This document shows, in pieces, positions 22,920 to 36,440 of a stretch of DNA of 60,000 nucleotides (its first letter is position 1; each line of letters opens with the position of its first letter). Where the stretch lies: contig NC_087436.1 of the NCBI RefSeq assembly GCF_036321535.1, forward strand, positions 113,400,001-113,460,000, written 5' to 3'. A model generated the notes under the pieces. It was not told where the DNA came from and ran no database searches. It was given only the letters and a program-made list of their open reading frames with translations. The translations under genes were made by a program, and so were the position numbers. The stretch comes from Camelus dromedarius. Taxonomy: Eukaryota.

Positions 22920-23890
22920 GAGTTCCTTCGCTTATATTCTTGGTCCTTTTCTCCACTTATGTATACTTTTTCTAGGTGACTTTATCCACTGTCATGTTTT
23001 CAGATATCATCTATCTCAGACACATGAGTTCAGTGTGTCGATACCTGAACTTACCATCTTCCGCCAAACCCACTTGTCCTCTTTTGCTCTCTGCCTACCC
23101 GATAGCATCATCACATGACCAGTTTCTCAAGCTGGAAACTTGAGTTATCCTCTTCTTCCCACTCTCTCACCCTTCGAAAACAACTGGTTGCCATACTCTG
23201 TCAATTCTCGTGCAGAAATATTACTCAAAGTTAGTCCTCCTTAGTCCCTCGCCCCTCCCCATGTCTTAGCTCTGAATCTTTTCTCTGTCCTGCCCTACTG
23301 TACAGCCCCTTAGCTGGCTTCCGTCCCAGTTCCACTTCTGAATCTTCCCTTTAATAATCTCAAAAAAACAGCTGTGATTCTGTTATACTGTCCTTGTCAA
23401 TAACCGTTCCCTAACTTCCACAGGATCAAATCCAAACTTGCTAACAGACCAGACCCTTCAGAACTTATTTGCAACTTGCCACTTTGGCTTTATCACCTGT
23501 CACTCCTCACACTACTAGATTCTCTGAATCAGCCACGTCATTTCCTAACTCTGAGCTTTTGCACATGATGTTTCTACTTCCTGGAATACCTCACCTCTTT
23601 TCATCAGCTAATGCTTCCTTTTGTTTCAAGACCCAATTCAAATGCCATAGCCTTTCTTCACTCCTCCTGGACCGTCAGTTGAGCCCTCCTCTATGCTCCT
23701 GACATTGTCATAATAAAATTTTTTTATTGTTATAACATGTGTCACGTGGATGTGATTATGTTTCCTTGGCCATTTCCCCCTTTTAAACTGTGAGTTCCTA
23801 TAAGTCATGGATTTCCTATACATAATTCTGCATCTTTTTTGCTTGTCATATTACCTGGAACACAATTCCCAGTAAGTTTTTATTGATTAT
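22920..23890 (+). mobile_element. LINE-2 (L2) fragment
   Basis: Pyrimidine-rich degenerate L2 motifs (ctcaagctggaaacttgagttatcc, tcaaatccaaact, ttcaagacccaattcaaatgcc, aaactgtgagttcc). Confidence 0.65.
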
Positions 23891-26839
23891 TAACTGCCCG
23901 ATTAATGCTATAGGAAGGAAAGATGAAAAGGAGAGGAAAAAGGAAGGAAGGCAAGGAGGGACAGGAGGAGGGAAAGAGGAAAATGTCTCCAAAGCACTCT
24001 GAAAAGGAGATGTGCCATTTTCTAGAGAACTGTAGCATTATTGAGTTATGTTTGCTGGAGGTAAAAAATAAAAATAAAATGAACAGACCATAACCAATTG
24101 CGAAAAAAATCTCACTCCCCTTCCCAGCATTTTCTTTGGCAATACCAAACTGAAAGCTGCATCCTTGTTATTACAAACTTCATTCTGCTTATTTTGCGCC
24201 CTGTCCAGAATGAACTCACTGACAAAGGAAAGTATCTAAAATCTCCCCCTGCTGATATAGTACAGCCCCCAAGCACAATAAAAGGTCTTCCAGGTGGTGT
24301 TACCCTTTGTGAAGCCTGGGAGGTTTGTCATTCAACACCAGTGCTCCCACCGAGGAGAGAAGCCTTCACCCCTCCGGTAATTCCTGCGTGATGCTCTAGG
24401 GCATTTATGTAGACTGACTTAACTGTTCCACCGCTTCTGCCTTTTTCTCTTTAGGCCCAGTCAACTTGACTTATATATCATAAATCTTTGGAGGGAGTGG
24501 CTATGCCTTGTGTATTTCTTTGTTTTCCTAGTTCTTCTTGACTCATTTTTGTACTCACTGTTTATCGAGTGTCTACTATGGGCCAGACACTGTGCCAGGC
24601 ACTGGGAATACAACCATGAACAGAACAGAAGACATACACTATTCTGTACATAGTCAGAGAGGCTGCAGATAGATGTTTGCTGCTGATACTAGTTATAATA
24701 ATTCCCAGCCCTCATTATCTCAACAGATTCATGAACAGTGAGCTTCTAGGCTGAAACTGACCTACTAAATTGGAGTCTCACGTGCTGTAACATAGCCTTG
24801 CTCGGCTGGTCATGGGCGGAGCCCTGGGATGCATCTCCTGTACTGAGGTAAGGCAAATTCAGCAGGAAGGCAGGAGAAATCACACACTGAAACACACTGT
24901 AATCCTGGCTTGCAAAGCTATTTTCTTTTGTTATCTCCCTTACTTGTCCCAATACATTTTGTGAGTAGATAAAGCAAAAGCAAATATTATTCCTATTTTA
25001 CATAAAGTTGGAAAACTAAAACCCAGAAATAAAATAATTTGCCTCAGGTAGTGTGTATAGCCTGGGCTTAATGCCCCTGCCCCCCCTCCCCATTTCTCAG
25101 TCTCCTGCCCCATTGGTTGGACATCAGGCTATCACACGAAACATGCAACATATTTGAGCAAAACAGAGCCGCGGTGACAGGCCCTAAAATCATCAGTTGC
25201 TATTCTACCAAAGGATAAGTGTTGGAAAGGCTGACCCTTGAAGTGTTCTCAGTAACACCTAATTAAATGAATAACAATTGACAGTCCTGCCCTCAGAGTG
25301 AAAGATTCTTATTTTCAAAATTCATATCCCATGAAAATTCAGAAATAGTTCTCAAATGTGCTTAACTCATTTTTCTCCTATTAAAAGAATGTGGCCTGGC
25401 AGTATATATTGGAGGCACTGTGTTTAATTCTTTGCTTTCACATTCTAGAAGGCTAACTCTTTCTACTGATAAATTATTCTATGCAGAGAAAAGTAAAGGT
25501 GATTTTGACTAAACACTAAATATTTAGCCCATCTATCAAATTTGATATTAATATTTTCAGCATCTTATAAAGAAAATTAAGAGTTATAAATGTTTATTTT
25601 GAAGACTGTGAACGTTCAGTAAAAAAGAAAAACAGAAGTTTTACTTGATGGGACTCATTGATACCAGCCTTTGTGCAAAGGATGATTAAATATAAAGACA
25701 GTGCTTGGAAAGCATTCTGAGGAAAGGGGGATATTTGATTTTAGTCCAGGTTTGTCCAACAACTTCATTGCTATCAGTTCACTTGTACTCGCTGTCTACC
25801 TTGTGCATGGCTCTTTACATAAGAGTCAAGGACTTTATGGTCACCTTGTATCCAAATTTCATTTATAACTTTAGATCATTGTATTAAGTTTGCAAAACAT
25901 AACCCATAATAATATGAAGAAAAATAGATGTCAACTTTCAATAGAAAAAAATGCATGCAAACTTTTATGGAAAAAAAACTTTAGAAAATTTTCATAAAGG
26001 CATAAATCATATATACAAAAATGCTAATGTTTTAGGTTGACCTATATTTAACTCACATTAAGGGACATGGAGGAGGGGTATGATGGACACAGAGGGGTGA
26101 TGAAGTCAGAGACCTGGCTTTTAGTCCCAGCTCCTTCTGTTACTGTGTAACTTTGCAGTTAAGCTTTGGGAACCTCAGTTTTCTCATCTTTGAAGTGAAG
26201 GAAGCAACAACCGTCATCTGTGAGGTGGGGGTTGTTTTGAAGATGATTAGCAATATTTTAAGTGGAAAGCCTTCAATAATGTTTGACACAGAAAAGATGT
26301 TTAAACAAACAATCTTAGCTATCACCTGCCATGCAGTTTAAGGTAAACAGTAGACTAGAAGGCCAGTGAGAAGAACACGGAGGTAGTCCTGAGGGGTGGA
26401 TAACAAAAACAAAAACAAAACAAAACAAAATAAAATATTACCCAAAACATGAAAATAGATGGCAATCATGGTAGTAAAATTCCATTAACAGTAATGGAAG
26501 GATAAATCCAAATGAAAAATGAGAAAGGAGAGGAGGCTAAATTCTGCCTACATTTGAAAGGAAGAAAGAAATTCTAGAAGTTAAATATTAAACACCTTCG
26601 ATGACTGTTTAATCCCTCAGGAAAACCAGTGATGTAAATAGGGCAAACTCTGGCTTTACGGGCAGAGCTGAATTCCAATCCCAGTTCTGACATCTAGGGT
26701 GGAGCGTGTTAACCTGGGCAGGTTAACCATTCTCAGTCTCAGTTTTCTCCTCATAAATAACATAAGGAACTATGTGTGAAAAACACCCCATGTCATGAGA
26801 CCACTGGTCTTGAAACTAGGATACATTCAGACCATCTCA

Positions 26840-27025
26840 GTCCAGTAGAAGTATAATGTAGCCAGAAATGCAAGCTACATATGTAATGTGAAACCTCCTA
26901 GAAGCCACATTTTAAAAAGGAAATAGAAGCAGGTGAAGTTAACTTGAGTAATATGTTTTCTTTAACTCAATATATGCAAAATATTATCATTTCATCATGT
27001 AATCGATGGAAAAGTTATTACTGAA
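26840..27025 (+). mobile_element. MER33/MER3-like hAT MITE, truncated
   Basis: tccagtagaagtataatgtagcca...tagaagccacattttaaaaagg...aggtgaagttaacttgagtaatatg...caaaatattatcatttcatcatgtaatc. Confidence 0.7.
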
Positions 27026-28680
27026 TTTGCTGCATCTATTGAGATCATTGTGGTTGCTGTGGTTTATTCTATTAATATAGTGTATTGCATTGACTGATTT
27101 TCAGATGTTAAACCAATCTTGCATTTCTGGGAAAAAATTCCTCTTGGTCATTGTGTGTAATCATATATATGTGTGTGTGTGTGTGTGTACACATTGCTGG
27201 ATTTGGATTTTGTTGAGGATATTTGCATCTATATTCACAGGGAATGATCTGTAGTTTTTTTCTCATGTCTTTGTCTGATTTTGGTATCAAGGTAATACTG
27301 GTCTCATAGAATGAGTAGAGAAGCATTCCTTCCTCTTCTAATTTTTTGTAGGAGTATGTGAAGGAGTGATATTAATTATTCTTTAAATGTGTGGTAGAAT
27401 TCACTAGTAAAGCCACCTAGACCTAGACTTTTCTTTGTGGGAAGTTTTAAAATTGCTTACTAAATCTCTTTACTTGTTATAAGTCTATTCAGATTTTTTG
27501 AATGTTTTCTTATCTTCAGTTTCAATTGCTAGTATTTTTCTGAGAATTTGTCCATTTCTGCTAGGCTGTCTAATTTGGTGGTGTGTGACTATTCACAGTA
27601 TTCTCTTACAATCCTTTTTATTTCGGTGAGGGTGGTACCGAGGTCCCCTCTTTTATTCCTGATTTCAGTAATTTGAGTCCTTTCAAGTTACTTGGTCAGC
27701 CTAGCTAAAGGTTAATTTTGTTGATCTTTTGATTTCATTGTTGTTCACTATTATTTCTATTCTCTATTTTATTTATTTGCACTCTAATCTTTATTATTTT
27801 TTCCATCTGCTAGCTTTCATTTTAGTTTATTATTCTTTTTCTAGTTTCTTAAAGTACAAGTTCAGTTTATTGATTTGAGACCTTTATTATTTTTATAAAT
27901 ATAAGCATTTTAACTATAAGTTCCCCTCTGATTGCCATTTTAGGTGCATCTCGAGAGCTTTGGTTTGTTGTGTTTTTGTTTTCATTTATCTCAAATTATG
28001 AAATATTTGTGATTTCTTTATTGACTCATTTTTTATTTAAGAGAGTTCTGTTTAGTTTTCACATATCTGTGAATTTCATTCCATTTCATTATGGCCATAG
28101 AACATACTTCGTATAATTTAAATGCCTTCAAATGTATTAAGGTTTGTTTTATGGTCTCCTAACATATACTCCTAACATATCCTGGAAAATGTCCCATGTG
28201 CACTTGAGAAGAATGGATATTCTGCCTGTTGTTGTTGGCATGTTCTATAAATGTCTGTTACATTTAGCTGGTTTATAGTGTTTATGTTTTCTGTTTTCTT
28301 GTTGATCTTCTGCCTAGTTGCCACATTGTGGGGGATTGAAGTTTTCAAATTCTCCTTTTCATTTACATATTTTACTTCATATTTTGGGGGGCTCTGTTGT
28401 TGGATACATTATGCTTATACTTATTTTGTCTTCTTGATGGACTGACCCTTTTATTATTGTGTCCTCTTTTGTTTCCAGTAACAAATGTTGTCTTTAAGTC
28501 TATTTTGCCTCATATTAGGATAGCCACTCCAGCTCTCTTTTGGATACTGTTTGTACAGTATATATCTTTCTATTCTTTTACTTTCAACTTTCTAGTGTCT
28601 TTGAATCCAGTATGTCTCATGTAGATGGCATACAGTTGGGTCATGTTTGCTTCATTTGATCATTCTTTGCCTTTTGACTA
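27026..28680 (-). mobile_element. Old L1 (L1M-type) ORF2 fragment
   Basis: Minus-strand translation LYSFYETSITLIPKSDKD matches L1 ORF2 (LPNSFYEASITLIPKPDKD). The plus strand is T-rich, as expected for antisense L1. Confidence 0.88.
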
Positions 28681-29951
28681 GACAGAGTCACACATCTTAT
28701 TAGAGGAATGATAACATCATTATTTCATAAACTGTACCTTCATTGCTTTATTACAAATTAGTTAATGAGAACTAGCATATTGATTTATCTTCTTTTTATA
28801 ATTTATGAAAATGAATTAATTATTCATATTAGATCTATATTATTTTAATCTTGACTACTTTTCATAATGTCTTACAGGATTCATTTTGTAACTTATTTCT
28901 CATAGTTTTTATAATATTTCTTATAATGCTTATTAACATATCTATTTGAATTGAAATAATAAAGGCAGAATTTTTTTGAAAAAAAAAATGTAATTTGGCT
29001 CATTGGCCTGCCATGGACATTTCCATAAACTGGCCTAAATTTGTAGAACCACAGTTTTGATTTCATATATACATATAAAATCCAGGGAGAAAGTATACTG
29101 GAAATGTGAGTTCAAAGAGAGAAAAGAAAGGTCTAAAATTTCCAAATTTTACAAAATACTTTTTCATACATTTTTCAATGCCTGATCATGGGTATTAAAT
29201 TGTTATAATATTCATATTTCATTACATACATTTAAAATGATGTAGTAACTATATTTAAAGTGACAATATTAAATGCATGTTGAGAATTACATCCTTTGTA
29301 ACAATTTCAACTTGTGATAAAAATTTTTAGATAGTTCAAAGTGTACAAGACATTTTAAACTTCAGATATTGTGTTTAAATGTTCAAAATATCATCAGATG
29401 ATTCTCCAGGAAAAATATTTGAAGACCAGATCAAAGAAAAAGGGCACTCAAATTCATCATCTCTGGTTACCTTATTTACTGCTATCTTCCCAGTGCCAAT
29501 CACATCCCCATACTTGAGTGAATGAATGAAGGTCCTGAATGGTTAACATTGTAAATTACATGCTTGCTGCTTTAAAGAAAAGATTTCCCTATCTAGGTTA
29601 GGTAATTGTTAATTGGTGAGTAGAGAGAGTGAGGTCCTGATGGCAATAAAGAAAGGATGCCTACACTCTTGACTTGAGAAGACAGCCCTAGGTGACTAGT
29701 TTTACCATTGTCAGACCCCAGAAAAATGAGAGAAAGATTGAGACCTATATTTAAGGGAACTCAGCAAAGTATTAAGATCCATACATAGCGATTATCTTGA
29801 ATTCTACAAGCATTTTTGAACATCTACTTCTTGTCCATCACTGCTAGGCCCCGGGCATGCAGAGATGAAGAGAACAGGTTACATGAGGAGTACCCTTAAA
29901 CAAAGAAGTCTACTGAGGCAGGATAAATGGTATAAGAGGAACATACTAAGT

Positions 29952-30036
29952 TATAGGTTGAATTATTTGAAATTACTATCATTTGACCATGTTTGACCTA
30001 CCAAAAAATATAGTAAATCATACGGTTCAACCTATA
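29952..30036. mobile_element. MADE2 (mariner-derived MITE)
   Basis: Inverted termini tataggttgaa ... ttcaacctata with TA ends; internal tgaaattactatcatttgaccatgtttgacctac matches MADE2. Confidence 0.85.
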
Positions 30037-33000
30037 GGGTATGTGTAAATCTAGGTGAAAGAACAAGAAATCCTGATGAATCCTGAGCTATATGCACTCA
30101 CAGTGCCGCTGGAGCTGGAAACTGAAGGATGAGAAAGAAGGTTCGTGGATGAGGAGGTGGCAGGTAGGACATTTGAGACAACAAGAGCAAAAGTGCAGAG
30201 AAGTAGAAGGCACATGTGTGGTCAGGAAAGGTACATGGAGTTTTCTTTTTGTTGAGGTCTGAGAGGTGTGCCTAAAAAGAGAAAGGAGCCTGAGATTTGA
30301 GCTGAGTGTCGTGTAGGCCTAAGAAGAGGCTATTGAGTTGGCAATGGGAAGGCACTGGAAGTTTACCAGACGGACTGTTGTGAACAGATATAAGCTTTAG
30401 AAGAGCTCAGGGGGCTGAATGGGGAATAAGTGGTGGGTAGGGAGATTTAGACTGGAGGTCCAGAGATGCGTAGGATGCTCCGGCAAGAGTGAAGATGAAT
30501 GCGGTAGATGTGTATAGGGGTTGAGAAGAGGGGAATAATATTTCTCTTATAGAATTATCATGGTTTGGTCATTGATTAGGTTGAGGAATTAGTTGAAAGA
30601 GGTGTAGGTTCAGGAGTGGGGGAAGGGAATAAGCTATGTGGGGAAATCCTACAGTAAGGGTAGAGTTCTGGGCTGTGGGTCTTAGCTCTGTTGGTGCACA
30701 GTTGATAGCTGAACAATGAAAGTCGCTGCGGTTATTAGGGAAATTTGTCTGGGAAGAGCAGGGAAGCAGAGGAAGGGCAGAAGGAATGGGAAGGGCGTTA
30801 GGAATGGATCTGTGCCCTGTGCTTTACCACATTGTGTCTCCGTCAGAACACTTGTTTACCTCGGCGCCCACCCTTCACAAGTCTGTGTGACTTCCAAAGG
30901 TAGGAACTAGATCTTGTCTGTTGCTCAGCATCCTCAAAGCTCATAGTCCAAGAGTGGCCACTTAAAAAAGCCCTTGCTGAATCATCTCCTGACTTTTGTG
31001 AATGTTTTCCAGGTTCTAGTCGTTGTTTTAAGTGCCACACAGATACCCCTCCATTTCATAGTTTATGACTGAGGAAATGGAAGCATGAACTTGTTCAAGG
31101 TCACAATTAGTGAATGGGAATTTGGATTTGAACTCAGCAGGTCTAACTCCCATGCTTTGGATGAATAGAGTCAGAGTGACATCTGTTTTGTACTTGACAG
31201 TCTAAAGTTGCTTTCATAGTCAATTCTAATATCCTCTAAGTGACTTTGTGAGATGGAAGGAGGGCCATCATCATTAAAATAAGATTTAATAATAAAATCT
31301 TATTATTGAGTACATGAAAGTTAAAGTTAAACAAATTCACAGGACACACAGCTAGTAAGTGGAAAAACCAAGCAAAATCACCATCTTCTAAGTTATACAA
31401 CCCTGTGTTCTCTCTCAGTCTTGCTCCCTGTGAGTCCAATTGTCTGTCCTTTTGCTCAAGAAAATAGAATGCTGAGGCTGGTGGCTGGAGAGAGGGGCTG
31501 TGGAAAAAGCCAAAAAGTCTTTTTGACTAGTTGGACATGTTTCCTTGAGGGGCTTAAGAACTTCATTCTGGTAAGACTATAAGATGTCTGTGGGTCCAAC
31601 TTGTGAATGCTAATTTGAATGTGAATGTGAATAGCCTCGTTTAATAATAATCCTGAATCCTCAGCATTTAGGCACAGCTCACATGAAAAAAATGTTTGGT
31701 GTATTGATTGTAAGGATAAATGAAAGATAAACTATTGACTTATCTATTCACTCTTGCTGGGGACATACCCTGGAACCTGTCCTTAGGCATAGTGTCAGGG
31801 ACCAGCCTTTTTACAGCCTTCTGTGGTTCACTCACTAAGGAAGATAAAATTTGCCCTCTTGCCAGGAGAATGGAGAAGAGAAGGATGGATACTGAATTTC
31901 TATAAGCATTTGTCTGACCTAATCCCCTACCACACACAGACCCTGTTTTGATGGCTGATGTTCTTAGATAGGAGAGACTCATGAAAGATTTCAAAGGAAC
32001 TGAAAATAAGATTGATAATAAGCTTTATACTTGTGCTCAGCTCATTTCAGTTTAGATAAAAAAATGTGCCGGTCCCTCCAACAGATACTGCCTTGTTGGA
32101 ATTGTATGAGTCTTAGGCAAGGTTGGCCTGTCATTTCTCTGCCATTGTACAAGATTGGTTATCTTGCCAAGTTTAACCATTGCTAATGGACTCCGAAGCA
32201 GCAAATTCCACAGAGGATTTTTAAGTGAGATTCCCGTGCTTTGTAAGTTAGTTGTAGACATGTTTATTTATATAGAAGGTGAAAGTGTATCCTCAGTGTG
32301 ACCAATAGATTTAGTCCCTTCTGGAATAAGCAATGTTATGATAATTAAAACAGAAACACCTACATTCTTCCTGTTTAAGGAAGGGAATTTAGTAGTTATT
32401 GTCTATAGTATTAACTAATGCATAATAGTAACTATTACAATTTTATGTTAGATATTACCATGTATTTAGTACTCTCTACATGCAAGGTGCTGTTCTAAAC
32501 ATTTAATCCACTTCACAGCTCTATGATAAATGCTATTATTGTCTTCATATTACAGGCAAGTGAACAGAGGCACAGAAGTGTTAAGTAATTTGCCTAAAAC
32601 CACAGAGTTAATGGTAGAACCAGAATCCCAGGGATCCTGATCTTAATCCACTGTGCTAAAAATGTTGTGTCTCATGACTTTGTCTCCCCAAATTGGAAAA
32701 GACTTCCAAGAAGTGGTGGGACTTTAGATAATCTCCCAAAGATGGGAGTAAATTTAGGGAAATGGAGAGCTAGAGAATTAACAATGTTTGTAAATGAGTT
32801 AGTTCTCTCTTGTGTAGCTTTGAGAGTTACTTGTCCCTCTTATCTCAGAGCTTAGAGTCTCACTGAATTGGAGCAATGTCTCTCTATGCAGCAGAGATGT
32901 GACAGACCCATGGATTTGTGCTTGGGTGGTTTTCCTGTTGCTCTTACTGAAACCAGCAGCCATAGATTCCCATTGCTTCATTCATGCCCACCGATGACAC

Positions 33001-33899
33001 CCCTTTCGCAGTCAACACCACACAAGGGGTTACCATTCCTTCCTTGTTTTCTCTCTCCCTTCCTTCCATTCTCTAAGTCAATGAAGTTAAAGTAGCCAGA
33101 TTCTATGCCAGGTGTTGATGATTAAATAAATATGCATGTAAATAAGTAAGACCAGTGTTCTTGACCTTTATAAGGAAGATTCAAACATGGCTTTAAAAGT
33201 GGCCTTCTGTTCATGGTATAAGCAGCTATGAAAGCGGGAATGCTTGCCTCAATCTGGGGCACTAGGAAAGGCTTACAGAGTAGAGGTTAGTACTTGAACT
33301 GAGTCTGAAAAATTGTGTAGGTTTGGGGTGGGACGGTGAGAGTAAAATGAGAAGAATATACCAGGAAGAGGGATCAGCAGCAAGAATAGCAAAGGATTGG
33401 AGGAGGAAGCAGTAGGACTTGGAGGAGGTGGAGGGAAGCATGCCCGGATCGGGCAGGGGTATGAGATGAGGCCATTAGAACAAGGCTGGAGAAGGTGGCA
33501 AGGTCCAAACTAGGCATGATAAAGAGGAAAATCACTGAAAATCCACCTCCAGGACCTAACCCAACATAGCACCTGTACATGGCAATCTTGTTTAAAAAAT
33601 TCTCTGCAGTTCATCTGATAATATTTGAGCTTCATGGCTTCAGGGATAGTGGATACACTATTAACATATTCCGTGGTGTTTCATGTGTGTCCTGGCAATA
33701 TTAGCAATAGCTGGTATGAACTGAGGATCAGTTTGATCTTTGATATGAGATATAAAGAATTTTTTAGCAGTCACCCCAGAACTTTTGTATAGCACCCGTT
33801 TACAGTTCTAATTTAATGCAAAAGTATGTTACCAAGATTCAGTATTAATGGTTAGCATTATATCATCCCAAATATTTTCATCCAAGGATTTTTTTAAAC

Positions 33900-34115
33900 A
33901 AATACTTAGTGCTTACTATATGCCAGGCATTGTTCTAAGCATTTTACAAGTATTACATCATCCAGTGATCTAGCAACACAATGAGGGGCAGGCGCTGCCA
34001 TTATCCCTATTTGACAAGTGAGGAAACACGAGTTGAATAGTTTGCCTGAAGTTACAAAGCTACTAAGTGGCGGAGTTGGGAACGGAGTGCAGACAATCTC
34101 GCTCCACAGACGCTA
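33900..34115 (-). mobile_element. MIR SINE
   Basis: gcttactatatgccaggcattgttctaagcattttaca...attatccctatttgacaagtgaggaaacac...tttgcctgaagttacaaagctactaagtggcggagttggga. Confidence 0.8.
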
Positions 34116-34314
34116 GACCGCGTCTTTGTTTTTCATTGTCATTTAACTACTCCTTTCAATTTACTCTTTTTTTTTTTTTCCCCAAACTAAAAGACCAGAC
34201 AGGTTTTGAAATTCTTTGGGCCACTTGATTAACTGGCATCACACTATATTACACAACCATATTTCAATACAAAAATTATATTCTCATGTACTGTATATGC
34301 TGTTGATTTCAGGT

Positions 34315-34493
34315 TGGTAGTTCTCAACCCTGGCTACACATTAGAATCACCAGGGAGCTTTAAAAAAAAAAAATCGTTGGCCTGAGCCCTACTTTCAGAG
34401 ATTCTGATTTTATTGTCTTGGGTGAAGCCTGGACATGGTATTTTTAAAACTCCTCAAGTGATTCTAATTTTCATCCGAGGCTGAGAACCACTG
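34315..34493 (+). mobile_element. MER5-family MITE
   Basis: gttctcaaccctggctacacattagaatcaccagggagctttaaaa...caagtgattctaat...ggctgagaaccactg. Confidence 0.85.
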
Positions 34494-34519
34494 ATATAGA
34501 TGGATCATTTATTGATTAC

Positions 34520-34720
34520 TTTAGGCACTGTGCTGTGTATTTTACACATTATTGCCATTTCACTTGACAACCTGCCTAGATAGGTATTATAATTGTGTTT
34601 TACAGATGAGGAAATTGAGGAACCAAGAGGTAATACAATTTGCCCAAGATCACACAGCTAGTAAATAGCAGAGACAGGGTGTATGAAGTGAAACCACGTT
34701 TTCTTAACCATAACCACATA
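34520..34720 (-). mobile_element. MIR SINE
   Basis: MIR core ttttacagatgaggaaattgagg...ttgcccaagatcacacagctagtaaatagcagag. Confidence 0.8.
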
Positions 34721-35289
34721 CTTCCCACAGCATAAAAGTAATTAATCTACTGTGTCATAAATTAATTGATCATCATTCTGGAATGTATTTTTTTAATATA
34801 TATATAGGTACTAGGACTATGAAAATATGAATAATTTAACCATGTTTCCATACAATTTCTTAAAAATATTTTTAAACCAAATTATGTACAGTTATATACT
34901 TTACCCTGTTGTATACAATAGACCTTGTATTATATAATATATTGTTATATATGTCATGTATTTTTTATATTAGTAGACTTTTCTCTTTTGTATTTTCTTT
35001 TGTATTTCTACCTATAAATACGTAAAACATTCTAAATAAGTCTCCAAATACATAAATACTTTATTAAGGCTACTGAATGTTCTCTATTACTATTGAGAAG
35101 AAAATGATAAAAAAGCAGTTTATCCTTAGTAGAAAAGATTTGGGTTACACTGTGTGAAGAATTTTCTAACCATAAGCAGCATCCTATAGTTAATGTATTT
35201 TGAACACATTTGCTACATGCCAAGTGATGTTTCTGCTACTTTCCATACATTATTTCAGCAGTACATTTAATGCATTAATTTATCTCCAC

Positions 35290-36130
35290 CCATCTATATA
35301 TTGAAAACTCTCACACTTACATAACTAGTACAGGACCTCCTTCTGAAGAATGAACTTGTTTATCCAACTGCCTACTTAATAGCTCCACTTGAATGTTTCA
35401 TAGACATCTCAAACATAAAATTTCCAAAAAAACTCAACTTTGCTTTGTTTTTTTTCTTCCATTCATCTCTTCTATCTTAGCTCCATCATCTATCCTGTTG
35501 CTTCAGGCCAGAAACCTAGGAATCATCCTTGATTCTTTTTACTGTTTTCCAAAATGGCCTTGATGGTTTTCAAAGTGTATCTCAAGTCCATCCACTTGCC
35601 ACACTGCCACTGCCACCAGTATTGGCAGTGTATTTCTCAAATGGACCATTACAGTAGCATTGTAACTGGTCTTCTTGCTTCTTTCCTGCTGTCATATAAT
35701 TCTTTCTCCACCTTGCACTCTGAAGCCACTGTTGCATTCAGGTTCACCACGCACTTACTTAAAATCTTTCAATGGTTTCCTTGCCTTGGCCCATCAGGTC
35801 CTGCATGATCTATTGTCAGTTTCTGTCACCCTCCCCCTCTCTCATTGTTTGCATGCATGCTGGTCTCTCAGTTCTTCAACCACTCCAAAATTCTTCTTTG
35901 GCCCAGCAGGCTCTTCTTCCAACTGCATGGCTGGCTCCTCATCTTTTAAGTCTCATCTAAAATGTAATTTCTTCATAGAGGCCTTTGTGGACCACCCTCT
36001 CCAAGGTACCTCCCTTCCCACACCATTCTTTATTTCCTTATTAGCACTTGTCACCAACCTATAAGATTCAATTTATTCATTTATTTTATTGTCTATTTAG
36101 TTCATTGAATGTAAAATCCATGATAGACTC
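35290..36130 (+). mobile_element. LINE-2 (L2) fragment
   Basis: atccaactgcctacttaatagctccacttgaatgtttcatagacatctcaaacataa...ccagaaacctaggaatcatccttgattc. Confidence 0.8.
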
Positions 36131-36234
36131 ATATCTGCCTAGTTTTGATTTATCTGACTGGTTCCTTTGCATAAAGCACGGAATATGCTTACAAAAGGAT
36201 ATATTTTACTGCTATGTTAAATGAATATAAATGT

Positions 36235-36440
36235 CATGAATCTTTTTTTTTTTTGAGTAAAAGTAGATTTATTTAGAGAGGTTTACACTCCATAGGCAGA
36301 GTGCAGGCCATCTAAGGTAAGAAAAAGACTGAGAGGTATGAAGTTGACTGCTCAGTTTAAAGTAAAAGTAGATACACACTCCATAGACAGAGTGTGGGCC
36401 ATCTTGGAAAGCAAGAGAGCAAGAAAGGCCATGAATCTTT
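36235..36440 (-). mobile_element. Young polyadenylated retroinsertion with 11-bp TSD (ERV-LTR-like 3' fragment)
   Basis: catgaatcttt at 36235-36245 and 36430-36440; poly(T) run to 36254; AATAAA on minus (tttatt 36268-36273) 13 nt before the tail. Confidence 0.8.
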
